This document shows, in pieces, positions 1 to 9,186 of a stretch of DNA of 64,000 nt. The stretch is from Vicinamibacterales bacterium (GTDB lineage Bacteria; Acidobacteriota; Vicinamibacteria; Vicinamibacterales; CAVVIG01), in the NCBI GenBank assembly GCA_036497895.1, contig DASXIR010000153.1, positions 209 to 64,208 on the forward strand, in the 5' to 3' direction. The translations under genes were made by a program, and so were the position numbers. Numbering within the stretch: the first letter of the stretch is position 1; each line of letters begins with the position of its first letter. A model generated the notes under the pieces. That model was not told the DNA's origin. It saw only the letters and a program-made list of their open reading frames with translations, and did not search any database.

Positions 1-59
1 AATTTGTCTGCAACTAAGACCTTCACGGGGAGCTCCGTTCGTCGTTGGTCGTTCTCGCG

Positions 60-1298
60 TCAGATGACGTGGATCAGCAGGCCGTCCCGCAGCTTGGGTT
101 CGAACCAGGTGGACTTAGGCGGCATGATCGCGCCGGCGTCGGAAACCGCCATTAGATCGGACACGCTCACCGGGAAGAGCGAGAACGCGACCGCGGCCTT
201 GCCCGAGTCGACCAGCCGTTCGAGTTCCGCGGTTCCGCGGGCGCCGCCGACAAAATCGATGCGCTTGTCGGTTCGTACGTCAGCGATGCCGAGCACCGGC
301 GCCAGCAGTCCGTCCTGCAGGACGCTCACGTCCAGCGACCCGATCGCATCGGCCGGGTCCGGCGTGACGCGTGGCCGCAGGGTACGCCAGCTGCCTTTGA
401 AATACATCGCGATGTCGCCACGGCGAGCCGGCGTCGCGGCACCGGTCGCGGTCTCGAAGCGGTCGCCGACGGCCTTCAGAAAATCATCGGGCGAGAGGCC
501 GTTCAGGTCCTTCACGATCCGGTTATAGGAAAGGATTTGGACCTGGTCATGCGGAAACGCGACCGCCAGCACGGTCGAGAAGTCGGCCGCGTCGCCAAGC
601 GACGTACCCGCACGTCCGTGGTCCTTGATTTCGGTACGCGCCCGTGCTGCGCTCGCCGCTCGATGATGACCATCCGCGATGTAGAGCGCAGGAATCCGTC
701 CGAACGCCGCCACCAGCGCATCGCGGTCGGCGCCGGTCACCTGCCAGATAGTGTGCTGCACCGCGTCGGGCGCTTCGAAATCGAACAGTGGCGCGCCGGC
801 GACGACGCGTTCGGCGATCCGGTTCACGTCAGCAGCGGCGCGATAGGTAAGAAACACGGGGCCGGTCTGCGCGCCAAGCGCGATCATGTGCCGAGTGCGA
901 TCGTCTTCCTTGTCCCGACGCGTCCGTTCGTGTTTCTTGATGACGTCGCGATCGTATTCGTCGATCGCAAAGCAGGCGGCGAGTCCGAGCTGCGCGTGGT
1001 CGCCCATGCGGAGTCGATAGAAATACAGGCTGGCCTGATCCTCGACCACCAGTGACGATCGCAGGGTCTTGAAATTGGCAACGGCACGATCGTAGACGCT
1101 GTCGGCGTGTGGATCGGTGTCGGCAGGAAGGTCGATTTCAGCGCGCGAGACGTGGAGAAAGCTGAGCGGGTTTCCCGCCGCCAGCGCACGCGCCTCGTCG
1201 GTGTTCACGACGTCGTAGGGCACGGCGGCAATTTTCGGGGCGGTTGCAGTGGTTGGTCGAAGAGCACGAAACGGAATGAGCGTAGCCATGGGGCTCAA
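60..1298 (-). CDS. DUF1015 family protein
   Basis: 412-aa ORF. The N-terminus MATLIPFRALRP..AAVPYDVV resembles the DUF1015 signature (family recalled from memory). Amino-acid composition is normal, whereas the overlapping + strand ORFs (4..528, 537..1055) are Arg/Ser/Pro-rich shadows. Met4 (1289) is an alternative start. Confidence 0.7.
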   Translation of the reverse strand: MSPMATLIPFRALRPTTATAPKIAAVPYDVVNTDEARALAAGNPLSFLHVSRAEIDLPADTDPHADSVYDRAVANFKTLRSSLVVEDQASLYFYRLRMGDHAQLGLAACFAIDEYDRDVIKKHERTRRDKEDDRTRHMIALGAQTGPVFLTYRAAADVNRIAERVVAGAPLFDFEAPDAVQHTIWQVTGADRDALVAAFGRIPALYIADGHHRAASAARARTEIKDHGRAGTSLGDAADFSTVLAVAFPHDQVQILSYNRIVKDLNGLSPDDFLKAVGDRFETATGAATPARRGDIAMYFKGSWRTLRPRVTPDPADAIGSLDVSVLQDGLLAPVLGIADVRTDKRIDFVGGARGTAELERLVDSGKAAVAFSLFPVSVSDLMAVSDAGAIMPPKSTWFEPKLRDGLLIHVI

Positions 1299-1340
1299 AT
1301 TATAACGTTCATTCCGATCCCGACCGGGAACGCCGAGGCG

Positions 1341-2594
1341 CTATTGCGCGACAGGACCGGCGTTGGCGGCGTGCGCGACATCCGCTGACAACTTCGCGAA
1401 CGCGGAATCGCGTGCGGCGGTAAACGCCGCCATCTGAGCAGCCGGGACCGGATCGGCTGGTGGCATCGCGCGATGCGCCGTGACCGGGTTGATGCAGACG
1501 CCGTGCTGCTTGAGCCTGTAGTCGAGATGCGGTCCGGTGGCGAGGCCGCTCGAACCGACCCTGCCAATCAACTCGCCCTGCCGCACGTGCGACCCAGCTC
1601 GAACCGCAATCGACGAGAGGTGGAGATATTGCGTTTCGAAGCCGTTGGCGTGGCGCAGGTGGACCATCCGTCCTGCCCCGCCGCTCGTTCCGGCCGACAC
1701 CACGACCCCGTCCGCGACCGCCTGCACCGGCGCACCCTCGGGCGCACGGTAATCGACGCCGAGGTGGGCGCGGACCTCGCGCAGAATCGGATGCAGACGG
1801 CTGGTCGTAAACGCCGACGTGATCACGGGTTGAAACTTCAGCGGCGAGGCGAGGAAAAACCGGCGCATCGACACGCCGCGGTCATCGAAATACGAGGCCT
1901 TTTCTCCGTCGGGAGCGAATCGCACCGCCCGGACATGGCGTCCGGCGTTGACGAACTCGGCGGCGAGAACCGGACCATAGCCGGCGAACACGTGGTTGTC
2001 GCGGTACTGCTTCTCGACGGTGAGCTCGACGCGATCGCCAGGCTGCACTTCGGTGCTGAAATCAATTTCGCCGCCGAAGATGTCGGCGATTGCGAGCGTG
2101 AGGTCGATGGTCTCGCCGGCAGCGCCGAGCGCGGCCACCAGCGACGTCGCCTGCCGATCGATCTGCGCCTGGACCACTTCGACGCTGCGGGTCTTCGGAA
2201 TCGGCACGATGGTGGCCACGAGCGCGTCGGCGGTCGATCGCATCACCTGGAGAAAGCGATCGCCGTCGATCTCGTACTCGAACTCCTTCAGCGAGCCCTC
2301 GAGGCTGGTCTGCAGCCGGTACGGCTGATCGGCGCGGACCTTCCGCAGATCGAACACCGCCGCGGCTTCAGCAATCAGCGCGGTGACATCGGCAGCGGCA
2401 AGCTTCTGCGCCCGCAGCATCGAGGCCAGGGTGGTGCCGCGCGCGATTCGCGCCGACACGACGTGGACTTCGGAGGCCAGGGAGAAGTCGTGCGCGGCCG
2501 GATTGGACGAGGGTTCGTCGCCAGCCTGCGGCCGTCTGGCGCATCCGGATACTGCGAATATCGCAACGAGAAGGAAGGAGAAAACGCGGTGCAA
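1341..2594 (-). CDS. M23/LytM family metallopeptidase, probable lipoprotein
   Basis: 417 aa. Lipobox-type signal MHRVFSFLLVAIFAVSGC. The C-terminal HLGVDYRAP (HxxxD) and GSSGLATGPHLDYRL blocks are typical of M23 peptidases. The usual HxH reads HLD here. Confidence 0.85.
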   Translation of the reverse strand: MHRVFSFLLVAIFAVSGCARRPQAGDEPSSNPAAHDFSLASEVHVVSARIARGTTLASMLRAQKLAAADVTALIAEAAAVFDLRKVRADQPYRLQTSLEGSLKEFEYEIDGDRFLQVMRSTADALVATIVPIPKTRSVEVVQAQIDRQATSLVAALGAAGETIDLTLAIADIFGGEIDFSTEVQPGDRVELTVEKQYRDNHVFAGYGPVLAAEFVNAGRHVRAVRFAPDGEKASYFDDRGVSMRRFFLASPLKFQPVITSAFTTSRLHPILREVRAHLGVDYRAPEGAPVQAVADGVVVSAGTSGGAGRMVHLRHANGFETQYLHLSSIAVRAGSHVRQGELIGRVGSSGLATGPHLDYRLKQHGVCINPVTAHRAMPPADPVPAAQMAAFTAARDSAFAKLSADVAHAANAGPVAQ

Positions 2595-2665
2595 GCGGCC
2601 GCCCTGATCGGAATGCTATCACGCGAATTCTGATAAAGTCCGTGGTTTCGGAGGTTTGCACGCTC

Positions 2666-4237
2666 ATGCATGTTCGCCGGACGTTCGCTCTTGCCCTTGT
2701 TGCCGCCCTCGTCGCGGGCCTGCCGGTCGCCGCGCAGTGGCAGGCCACCGAACACCTCGACCTCGATGCGATCTACCGCATCAAGGACGAAGGCCTGCAG
2801 CGCTCGAAGGTGATGGAAATCGAGAGCTACCTCACCGACGTCTACGGTCCGAGGCTCACCGGCTCCCCGAACATCAAGGAAGCGGCCGACTGGTCCATGA
2901 AGACGATGAAGGACTGGGGGCTGACCAACGTGCATCTGGAGACGTGGCCGTTCGGCCGCGGCTGGCAGAACCAGCGCTTCACCGCCAACGCCGTGACGCC
3001 ACGGTCGTATCCGCTGATCGCGTATCCCAAGGCGTGGACGCCCGGCACCAACGGTCCAGTCACCGGCGACGCGGTCATCGCGGTGATCGACACCGACAAG
3101 GACTTCGAGACGTTCCGCGGCAAACTGCGCGGGAAATTCGTGTTGTCGATGGCGATGCGCGAGGTGCCGGCGCATTTTGAGCCGCAGGGCACGCGCTACA
3201 CCGACGCGGAGTTGAAAGACCTTTCGAAGCAGCCCGACGCGGGCCGCGGCCGCGGCCGCGGCAACTTCAACGCCGCCGCCGACTTCAACCGCAGGAAGAC
3301 CCAGTTCTGGATCGACGAAGGCGTGGCTGCCGTGCTCGACTTCAGCCGCGGCGATGACGGCACCGTCTTCGTGCAGTCGCCGCAGGGCGTTTCGCGCGAT
3401 CCAAAAGGCCCGGCCCAACCGGCGCAGGTGACGCTGGCGACCGAACACTACGGCCGCATCTGGCGCACGCTCGAGAAGAACATCCCGGTCACCCTGCAGA
3501 TGGACATCGACAACAAGTTCTTCGACGCCGACCAGAACGCCTTCAACGTCATTGCCGAGTTGCCCGGTACCGACAAGGCAGACGAGGTGGTGATGATCGG
3601 CGGACACTTCGATTCGTGGCACACCGGCACCGGCGCCACCGACAACGCTGCCGGATCCGCGGTGATGATGGAAGCGATGCGCATCCTCAAGGTCAGCGGT
3701 GTCAAGCTGCGCCGCACGGTTCGCATCGGGCTGTGGGGCGGTGAGGAGGAAGGACTGCTCGGTTCGCGCGAATACGTGAAGGCGCACTACGGCGATCCCG
3801 AAACCATGCAGCTGAAGCCGGAGCATGCGAAGTTCGCGGGCTACTTCAACGTCGACAACGGCACCGGTTTGATTCGCGGCGTCTACCTGCAGGGGAACGA
3901 AGCGGTGGCGCCGATCTTCACCCAGTGGATGGAGCCGTTCAGGAATCTCGGGATGGAGACGCTGACGATCCGGAACACCGGGGGTACGGACCACTTGTCC
4001 TACGATGCGGTGGGCCTGCCCGGGTTTCAGTTCATCCAGGACGAGATCGAGTACAACTCGCGAACCCACCACTCGAACATGGACATGTACGAGCGCGTCC
4101 AGCCGAACGACATGATGCGCAACGCGGTCATCGTTGCCACGTTCGTGATGAACACGGCCAACCGCGACGACAAGCTGCCGAGAAAGCCGCTGCCGAAGGC
4201 ACAGCCGCGACCGGCACGCGGCACCGGCGCTCAGTAG
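2666..4237 (+). CDS. M28 family aminopeptidase (secreted)
   Basis: Signal peptide MHVRRTFALALVAALVAGLPVAAQ. M28 zinc-ligand block GGHFDSWHTGTGATDNAAGSAVMMEAMR and GLWGGEEEGLLGS. The ORF opens at GTG 2642, but ATG 2666 gives a cleaner signal peptide. Confidence 0.85.
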   Translation: MHVRRTFALALVAALVAGLPVAAQWQATEHLDLDAIYRIKDEGLQRSKVMEIESYLTDVYGPRLTGSPNIKEAADWSMKTMKDWGLTNVHLETWPFGRGWQNQRFTANAVTPRSYPLIAYPKAWTPGTNGPVTGDAVIAVIDTDKDFETFRGKLRGKFVLSMAMREVPAHFEPQGTRYTDAELKDLSKQPDAGRGRGRGNFNAAADFNRRKTQFWIDEGVAAVLDFSRGDDGTVFVQSPQGVSRDPKGPAQPAQVTLATEHYGRIWRTLEKNIPVTLQMDIDNKFFDADQNAFNVIAELPGTDKADEVVMIGGHFDSWHTGTGATDNAAGSAVMMEAMRILKVSGVKLRRTVRIGLWGGEEEGLLGSREYVKAHYGDPETMQLKPEHAKFAGYFNVDNGTGLIRGVYLQGNEAVAPIFTQWMEPFRNLGMETLTIRNTGGTDHLSYDAVGLPGFQFIQDEIEYNSRTHHSNMDMYERVQPNDMMRNAVIVATFVMNTANRDDKLPRKPLPKAQPRPARGTGAQ

Positions 4238-4276
4238 TGTTGATGGCGAAGGCGCGCGGAGGACGCGTCTTCGTGA

Positions 4277-5863
4277 TCAATTACGCCCGTAGCGCCCAGC
4301 CCAGCGGCGCAGAGTTTCCTGACGCTCGCGAGCTTCCGCGTGCTGGTCGAGCATATCCACCGGCCAGGGCAATCTGAACGTCCAGTTGTCGGACGTCACC
4401 ATGGCCGGCTGGTTGATACGATCGCGCCAGCCGAAAACGTCCTGCACCGGCAGCAGAACCAGCTCGGACGCCGACGCATAGACCGCTTCGAGCAGTGCGT
4501 CGCGCACCTGCGGATTGAACGGCGCCTGCGCGATATCGGCGCCGTCGGTCACCCGCCTCATGGTGGCCAGCGCGGCGACGCCGTTCCGTTCGTCGCTCGA
4601 TGCCTCTTCCCACCAGATCGCCATCGGCTCGGTGTCGTGGGTGCCGGTTGCGGCAACCGATACTCGTGGGTACTCCGAGGGATCGCGGAACGGGAATCCC
4701 GGCTCGTGCCATTTCCGTTCCCAGCGGAACACGCGGAAGCCCGGAATGTCGAGCCGCGCCAGCGATGCGCGAACGAAATCGGGCACGGTTCCGAGATCCT
4801 CGGCGATGATTTCCGCGCCAGGACTGCGAAGCACCGCCAGCACGCGTTCGCCGAGCGCCTCCTGCGACGGTTGGTCAGCGGGCGTGAAGAAGCCGTCGCC
4901 GCCGGAAACCGGACGTCCGTAGGTGCGGTAGAAGCCGACGAGGTGGTCCACCCGGTAGCCGTCGAAGAGATCCGCAGTCCGGCGGGCCCGCTCGTGCAGC
5001 CAGCGAAAATCCTCGCGCTCCATCGCGTCCCAGTCATACAGCGGCACGCCCCAGTTCTGGCCGGTCGCGCTGAACGCGTCGGGTGGCGCACCGACCGACA
5101 CGTCGAGGCGGAACTGATGCTGACGCACCCAGACGTCGGCGCTGTCGCCGTCAACCATGAACGGCAGGTCGCCGAACAGCTGGACACCGTGGGTTTCGAG
5201 CCGCGCGCGCCGCCACTGCATGCCGGCGATCCACTGGAGGTACTGGAAATAGAGCACCTCGTGGGCCAGTTCGCGGCGCAGCAGGTCGATCGCTGCAGGA
5301 TCGCGCCGCTGCAGCTCCGCTGGCCACGACGTCCATGCTCGTTCCTCTTCGCGCGCGTGCAGCGCGCGGAACAGGCTGTAGTCCTCGATCCACCACGCCT
5401 GCTCGCTCAGGTAGTGACGAAGCGAGCGTGCGCGTTCGGTGTCGCGGCGCCATTCGGCGTCGACGAATCGCTCGAAGGACGCGCGCAACGCCGACTGCTT
5501 GAGTCGCCGGACCGTGGCGTGCTCGATGCGGGGACTGACGCGAACGGCCGCGAGCGCGGCGCGATCCGCCGCCGCAAGCGCCGCCTCGCCTCCGAGCGCG
5601 GCAAAATCCGGAACCGCCGGGACACGGATGAAGATGGGATCGAGGGCCATTCCACTGATCGCCGAGTACGGCGACTGTTGACCGGGCGCCATCTCGTTCA
5701 GCGGCAGCATCTGCATGACGCGCACGCCGGCTTCGGCCAGCCAGGCCGTGATCGGCTCGAGGTCGCCGGTGTCGCCGATGCCCCAGCTCTCGCTCGACGG
5801 ACAAGAAAACAGCGGCACCAGCAGGCCTGCCCGTCGGTGGTCGTGCGGTTCGGCGTCGCTCAT
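4277..5863 (-). CDS. malQ: 4-alpha-glucanotransferase (GH77, amylomaltase)
   Basis: GIGDTGDL..MLPLNE..SPYSAISGMALDPIFI, and later VAATGTHDTEP, are GH77 signatures. ATG 5863 overlaps the upstream stop as ATGA (5860-5863), so I prefer it to 5884. Confidence 0.9.
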   Translation of the reverse strand: MSDAEPHDHRRAGLLVPLFSCPSSESWGIGDTGDLEPITAWLAEAGVRVMQMLPLNEMAPGQQSPYSAISGMALDPIFIRVPAVPDFAALGGEAALAAADRAALAAVRVSPRIEHATVRRLKQSALRASFERFVDAEWRRDTERARSLRHYLSEQAWWIEDYSLFRALHAREEERAWTSWPAELQRRDPAAIDLLRRELAHEVLYFQYLQWIAGMQWRRARLETHGVQLFGDLPFMVDGDSADVWVRQHQFRLDVSVGAPPDAFSATGQNWGVPLYDWDAMEREDFRWLHERARRTADLFDGYRVDHLVGFYRTYGRPVSGGDGFFTPADQPSQEALGERVLAVLRSPGAEIIAEDLGTVPDFVRASLARLDIPGFRVFRWERKWHEPGFPFRDPSEYPRVSVAATGTHDTEPMAIWWEEASSDERNGVAALATMRRVTDGADIAQAPFNPQVRDALLEAVYASASELVLLPVQDVFGWRDRINQPAMVTSDNWTFRLPWPVDMLDQHAEARERQETLRRWAGRYGRN

Positions 5864-7047
5864 GATCTCGCCGGTTCGGTGCAATCGAAATGCCGGAACA
5901 CACGCGCGATGCCATCTGCAAACGTCTCTGGTTGCGGCAATAAGCTGACCACCAGGTACGATTCGCGCGGGAAGTCGAAAAAGTATCCCGGATGCGTAAG
6001 AACTCCGTGTGACGTCAGCAACCGCACCACCAGATTTTCTTCAGATTCGAGGGTCGGCACCTGGATGATGGCATACCAGCCGCCGCCGCTGCGCAGAACG
6101 CGGCACGACGGCGTCGCGGCAATGGCGCCGAGCAGCCGCCGGTAGTTCGTCTGCACGCGCGCGACGATCTGACGCCGAACGCTGGCGCCGCGCTCCAGCA
6201 GGTCACTGACGGCGACCTGCACCGGCGTCGAAACCGACAGGTATGTGTCCGCGACGAGCTCCAGCCGTTCCATCGCTGCCGCAGCAAGAGGCGCGGGGCC
6301 GGCGACGGCGATCCAGCCCAGCTTGACCTGCGGCAACCCCACCGACTTCGAGAGTCCTCCCAACCCGAACGACAGCACGTCCGACCGCGACAACGGCTGC
6401 CCCGCCGACGCGGCATGGCCCGGTTCGAGTTCGTAGTCCGCAAACACTTCGTCGACGATGATGGCAATTCCGCGGGGAGTGCACAGCGCGGCCAGACGGT
6501 CCAGCTCGGCGTGCGTCGCCGAGGATCCGGTCGGGTTGTTCGGGCTCACCAGCAGCACGGCGCGCGTCCGCGTCGTCAGCGCACGTTCGATGCTTGCGAA
6601 ATCGATTGACCACGCACCGTCGATGTCGAGGTCGTAGGCAATTGCAGCGACCTGATCGAGCCGAGTCAGGTGATCGAACAGTGGGTAACTTGGACGCGGA
6701 ACGAGGACCTCGTCTCCCGAGTCGGTTAACAGCTTGAACAGCAATCCGTAGGCATCGCTGGTGCTCGCGGTCAGGACGATGCGTTCGGGAGCGACATCGA
6801 GGCTCCGGCGTGCGTAGTCCGCGGCGACCGCCATCCGTGCGTCCAGCGTGCCGGCCGGCTCCGGCTCGTAACGCAAGCCGCGAGGATCGGCCATCCTCGC
6901 AAGCAGATCCGCTGGATAGTCGAAGCCGGCGAGCGTCGGGTTCGCCAATGTGAGGTCGATGAACGGCCGACCCTGGCTGCGGCGCTGCCGAACCGCATCG
7001 GTCAAACGGTTCGAGGCAAGGCTGGCTGGAAGGCGGGAGGAGAACAC
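5860..7047 (-). CDS. PLP-dependent aminotransferase, class I/II fold
   Basis: 395 aa. LLVSPNNPTGS and GGLSKSVGLPQVKLGW (PLP-lysine SK motif). Confidence 0.85.
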   Translation of the reverse strand: MFSSRLPASLASNRLTDAVRQRRSQGRPFIDLTLANPTLAGFDYPADLLARMADPRGLRYEPEPAGTLDARMAVAADYARRSLDVAPERIVLTASTSDAYGLLFKLLTDSGDEVLVPRPSYPLFDHLTRLDQVAAIAYDLDIDGAWSIDFASIERALTTRTRAVLLVSPNNPTGSSATHAELDRLAALCTPRGIAIIVDEVFADYELEPGHAASAGQPLSRSDVLSFGLGGLSKSVGLPQVKLGWIAVAGPAPLAAAAMERLELVADTYLSVSTPVQVAVSDLLERGASVRRQIVARVQTNYRRLLGAIAATPSCRVLRSGGGWYAIIQVPTLESEENLVVRLLTSHGVLTHPGYFFDFPRESYLVVSLLPQPETFADGIARVFRHFDCTEPARS

Positions 7048-7054
7048 CGGGTGC

Positions 7055-9181
7055 CTATGGCCCGGGAACTATTTCGACCCGCTCAATCACGTCGCCTTCG
7101 AGCACCTGATCGATGATGCCGATGCCATTCAGAACCTGCGCGAAGACGGTGTACTCGTGATCGAGACGCGGGTTGTCGACGAGATCCACGAATATCTGGG
7201 CGTCGCCGGTGTCGCGCCCGCGCGTCGAGATACCGACTGAGCCGCGCACGTGAGGCCACAAGCCGACCTCGTCGCGCATGAACGGTGAATCGCCGATGTA
7301 TTCGCTCGCGCCGGGACTTCCGCCCTGGATCACGAAGTTTGGTACGACCCGATGAAATGTCAGGCCGTTGTAGTAGCCGGCCTCGGCGAGCCGCGCGAAA
7401 CGCAAGACGGTCGCCGATGCCTGTGCCGTCACCAATGCCAGCTCGAAGGTGCCGAGCCCTCGGATGGTGACACGAGCGCGAGCCGAGGCCAGCCGGCGGA
7501 GATCCTCAGCGTTCAAATCGGACGCCTGCGCCTGGGCCGGCATTTTGTGCGGCGGGGCGCCGAGCGCCGTGAGCGTCCTGGCGATCGCATCTCGGGCATC
7601 GTGCGAGTTGTCGCGGCCCGCTGCGACCAGCCGGTCCCACTCAGCCTTCAGCGCCGGGATCGCGAGCTCCGGGTGCGGCGTGTCGCCGAGCGCCAGCGCG
7701 GCGGCGCGCAAGATCTGGTTGCCCGGACGAGTGAGCTGGGCGAGGTACACCGCGTCCGCGTCGTGGCCGGCAATTTTCCGCAGTCCCTCGACCGCCGCCT
7801 CCCTCACGTTGTCGTCGTCATCACGGGCGAGCTGCTCGAGCGCCGCGCGATTCCCCAGTTGGGCGGCGGCGCGCGCCGCGTACATCCGGAGCTGCCAGAC
7901 TCCTGACGCGGTGAACGACGGCAGCGCCGCTGACGCTCGCTCGGGAGCGACGCTCGCGAGCGCGACGAGCGCATGCGCCGCCCGATGCCAGCCGCGCGGG
8001 ACAGACGCAGCCTGCGCATCGGCGACGGCCTGCTCCAGCGCGGTGACGACGCTGTCGTCTGCGGCGGGCGAATCGACAGGGGCGGCGGCAGGCCCGGCGT
8101 TTCCATCCTGAGCGCCGCCGGCAGACGCGACCGCGGACGGCGCCGCTGCGGACGAGGGAACCGCAGTCGGAGTTGGCGCACACGCGCCAAGCTGATCGAA
8201 GCCACTCAGTGCGACGTTGGTGTCGCGATCGCGCGTCGCGGTCAGCGAGGCGCTGCACGCGTCGGGATCGTTGCGCGCGCGCACATTTCTCAGCGCTTCG
8301 AGACGCACCGACGGCGAATCGTCCTTGAGTCCTGAAGCCAGGACCCGGTGGGCGAGATCGGCGGTCACACCGTTCCCGCCCGCGGCGGCGGCGTGCATGG
8401 CGATGCGGCGAACCTGCGCGTCGGGATCGGCCGCGGCTCTCTGAAGCACGTCATCGTCCACGGCGGCTGCGGTGATCAACGCCTCCATCGCGAGGCGACG
8501 CACCCTGGCGCCGGTGGCTGCCTCGCGCGGCACCAGCTCCGACAACCGGCGCAGCCGCGTCACGGCGTCTTCGCTCGGCGGACGCAGCTTGCGCTGGATT
8601 CTGACGAAGGCCTCGAGCCCCTTGGCGACGCCGAGCCGGCCGCTTACGTTCACCTCGTTCTCGGCCGCCTCGAGCAAGGCGCGCTCCGCGGTCTCGGCCT
8701 GCGCCGCGGTCGCGTACGGCAGGCGGCCGATGCTTTCGCAAATCGCGGCGCGCACGTCAGGGTCGGCTTCGACCTTGAGTCGCGTCGCTAGCGCGGCAAA
8801 CGCCGCATCCCGCGCCGTATCGCGCACCGATGCCGGCGCAGACGATTCGTGCTTCCAGCCCTGCGCCGCCTGGGCGATCGCGTCGGCTGCCTCGGAGCGG
8901 ATTTCCGGCAGCGCGTTTCGCAGCGCGAAGGTGATATCGGGAATCAGCGACGGACGCTCGAGGCGGCCAAGGGCGCGAATCGCGATCCGGACGGTCTGCG
9001 GATCGCCGCTGTGCGCGCCCGATCGAATGACGGAGAGATCGTGCGGCGTCGGCGCCCGGCGATCCTCTGCCTGTAACACTGCCAGCCGAGAAACCCGCGG
9101 GGACGGCGGCGGATCGTTCTGCGCAGCGGCGAGCGTCGGACCGCAGAGTCCGCACAGCACCAACAGGATCGGAACCCGCAT
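7055..9181 (-). CDS. HEAT-repeat protein fused to a cyclophilin-type peptidyl-prolyl isomerase
   Basis: 708 aa. Signal peptide MRVPILLVLCGLCGPTLAAAQ. About 500 aa of Ala/Arg-rich helical repeats (repeated D..VR..A..AL units). The C-terminus FHRVVPNFVIQGG...GSVGISTRGRDTGDAQIFV is a cyclophilin PPIase core. Confidence 0.8.
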   Translation of the reverse strand: MRVPILLVLCGLCGPTLAAAQNDPPPSPRVSRLAVLQAEDRRAPTPHDLSVIRSGAHSGDPQTVRIAIRALGRLERPSLIPDITFALRNALPEIRSEAADAIAQAAQGWKHESSAPASVRDTARDAAFAALATRLKVEADPDVRAAICESIGRLPYATAAQAETAERALLEAAENEVNVSGRLGVAKGLEAFVRIQRKLRPPSEDAVTRLRRLSELVPREAATGARVRRLAMEALITAAAVDDDVLQRAAADPDAQVRRIAMHAAAAGGNGVTADLAHRVLASGLKDDSPSVRLEALRNVRARNDPDACSASLTATRDRDTNVALSGFDQLGACAPTPTAVPSSAAAPSAVASAGGAQDGNAGPAAAPVDSPAADDSVVTALEQAVADAQAASVPRGWHRAAHALVALASVAPERASAALPSFTASGVWQLRMYAARAAAQLGNRAALEQLARDDDDNVREAAVEGLRKIAGHDADAVYLAQLTRPGNQILRAAALALGDTPHPELAIPALKAEWDRLVAAGRDNSHDARDAIARTLTALGAPPHKMPAQAQASDLNAEDLRRLASARARVTIRGLGTFELALVTAQASATVLRFARLAEAGYYNGLTFHRVVPNFVIQGGSPGASEYIGDSPFMRDEVGLWPHVRGSVGISTRGRDTGDAQIFVDLVDNPRLDHEYTVFAQVLNGIGIIDQVLEGDVIERVEIVPGP

Positions 9182-9186
9182 CGTGC

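Noticed and set aside
2375-4072. Very long antisense ORFs opposite clear genes. Examples: 2375..4072(-) 565 aa, 4340..6145(+) 601 aa, 9343..11040(+) 565 aa, 14942..17395(-) 817 aa, 21419..23191(+) 590 aa, 24153..25922(-) 589 aa, 29658..32015(-) 785 aa, 41816..43438(+) 540 aa, 47209..48789(+) 526 aa.
   Set aside because: These are typical high-GC shadow ORFs. They have extreme Arg/Ala/Gly/Pro/His/Asp composition, no recognisable motifs, and in every case the opposite strand encodes a protein with clear family signatures.
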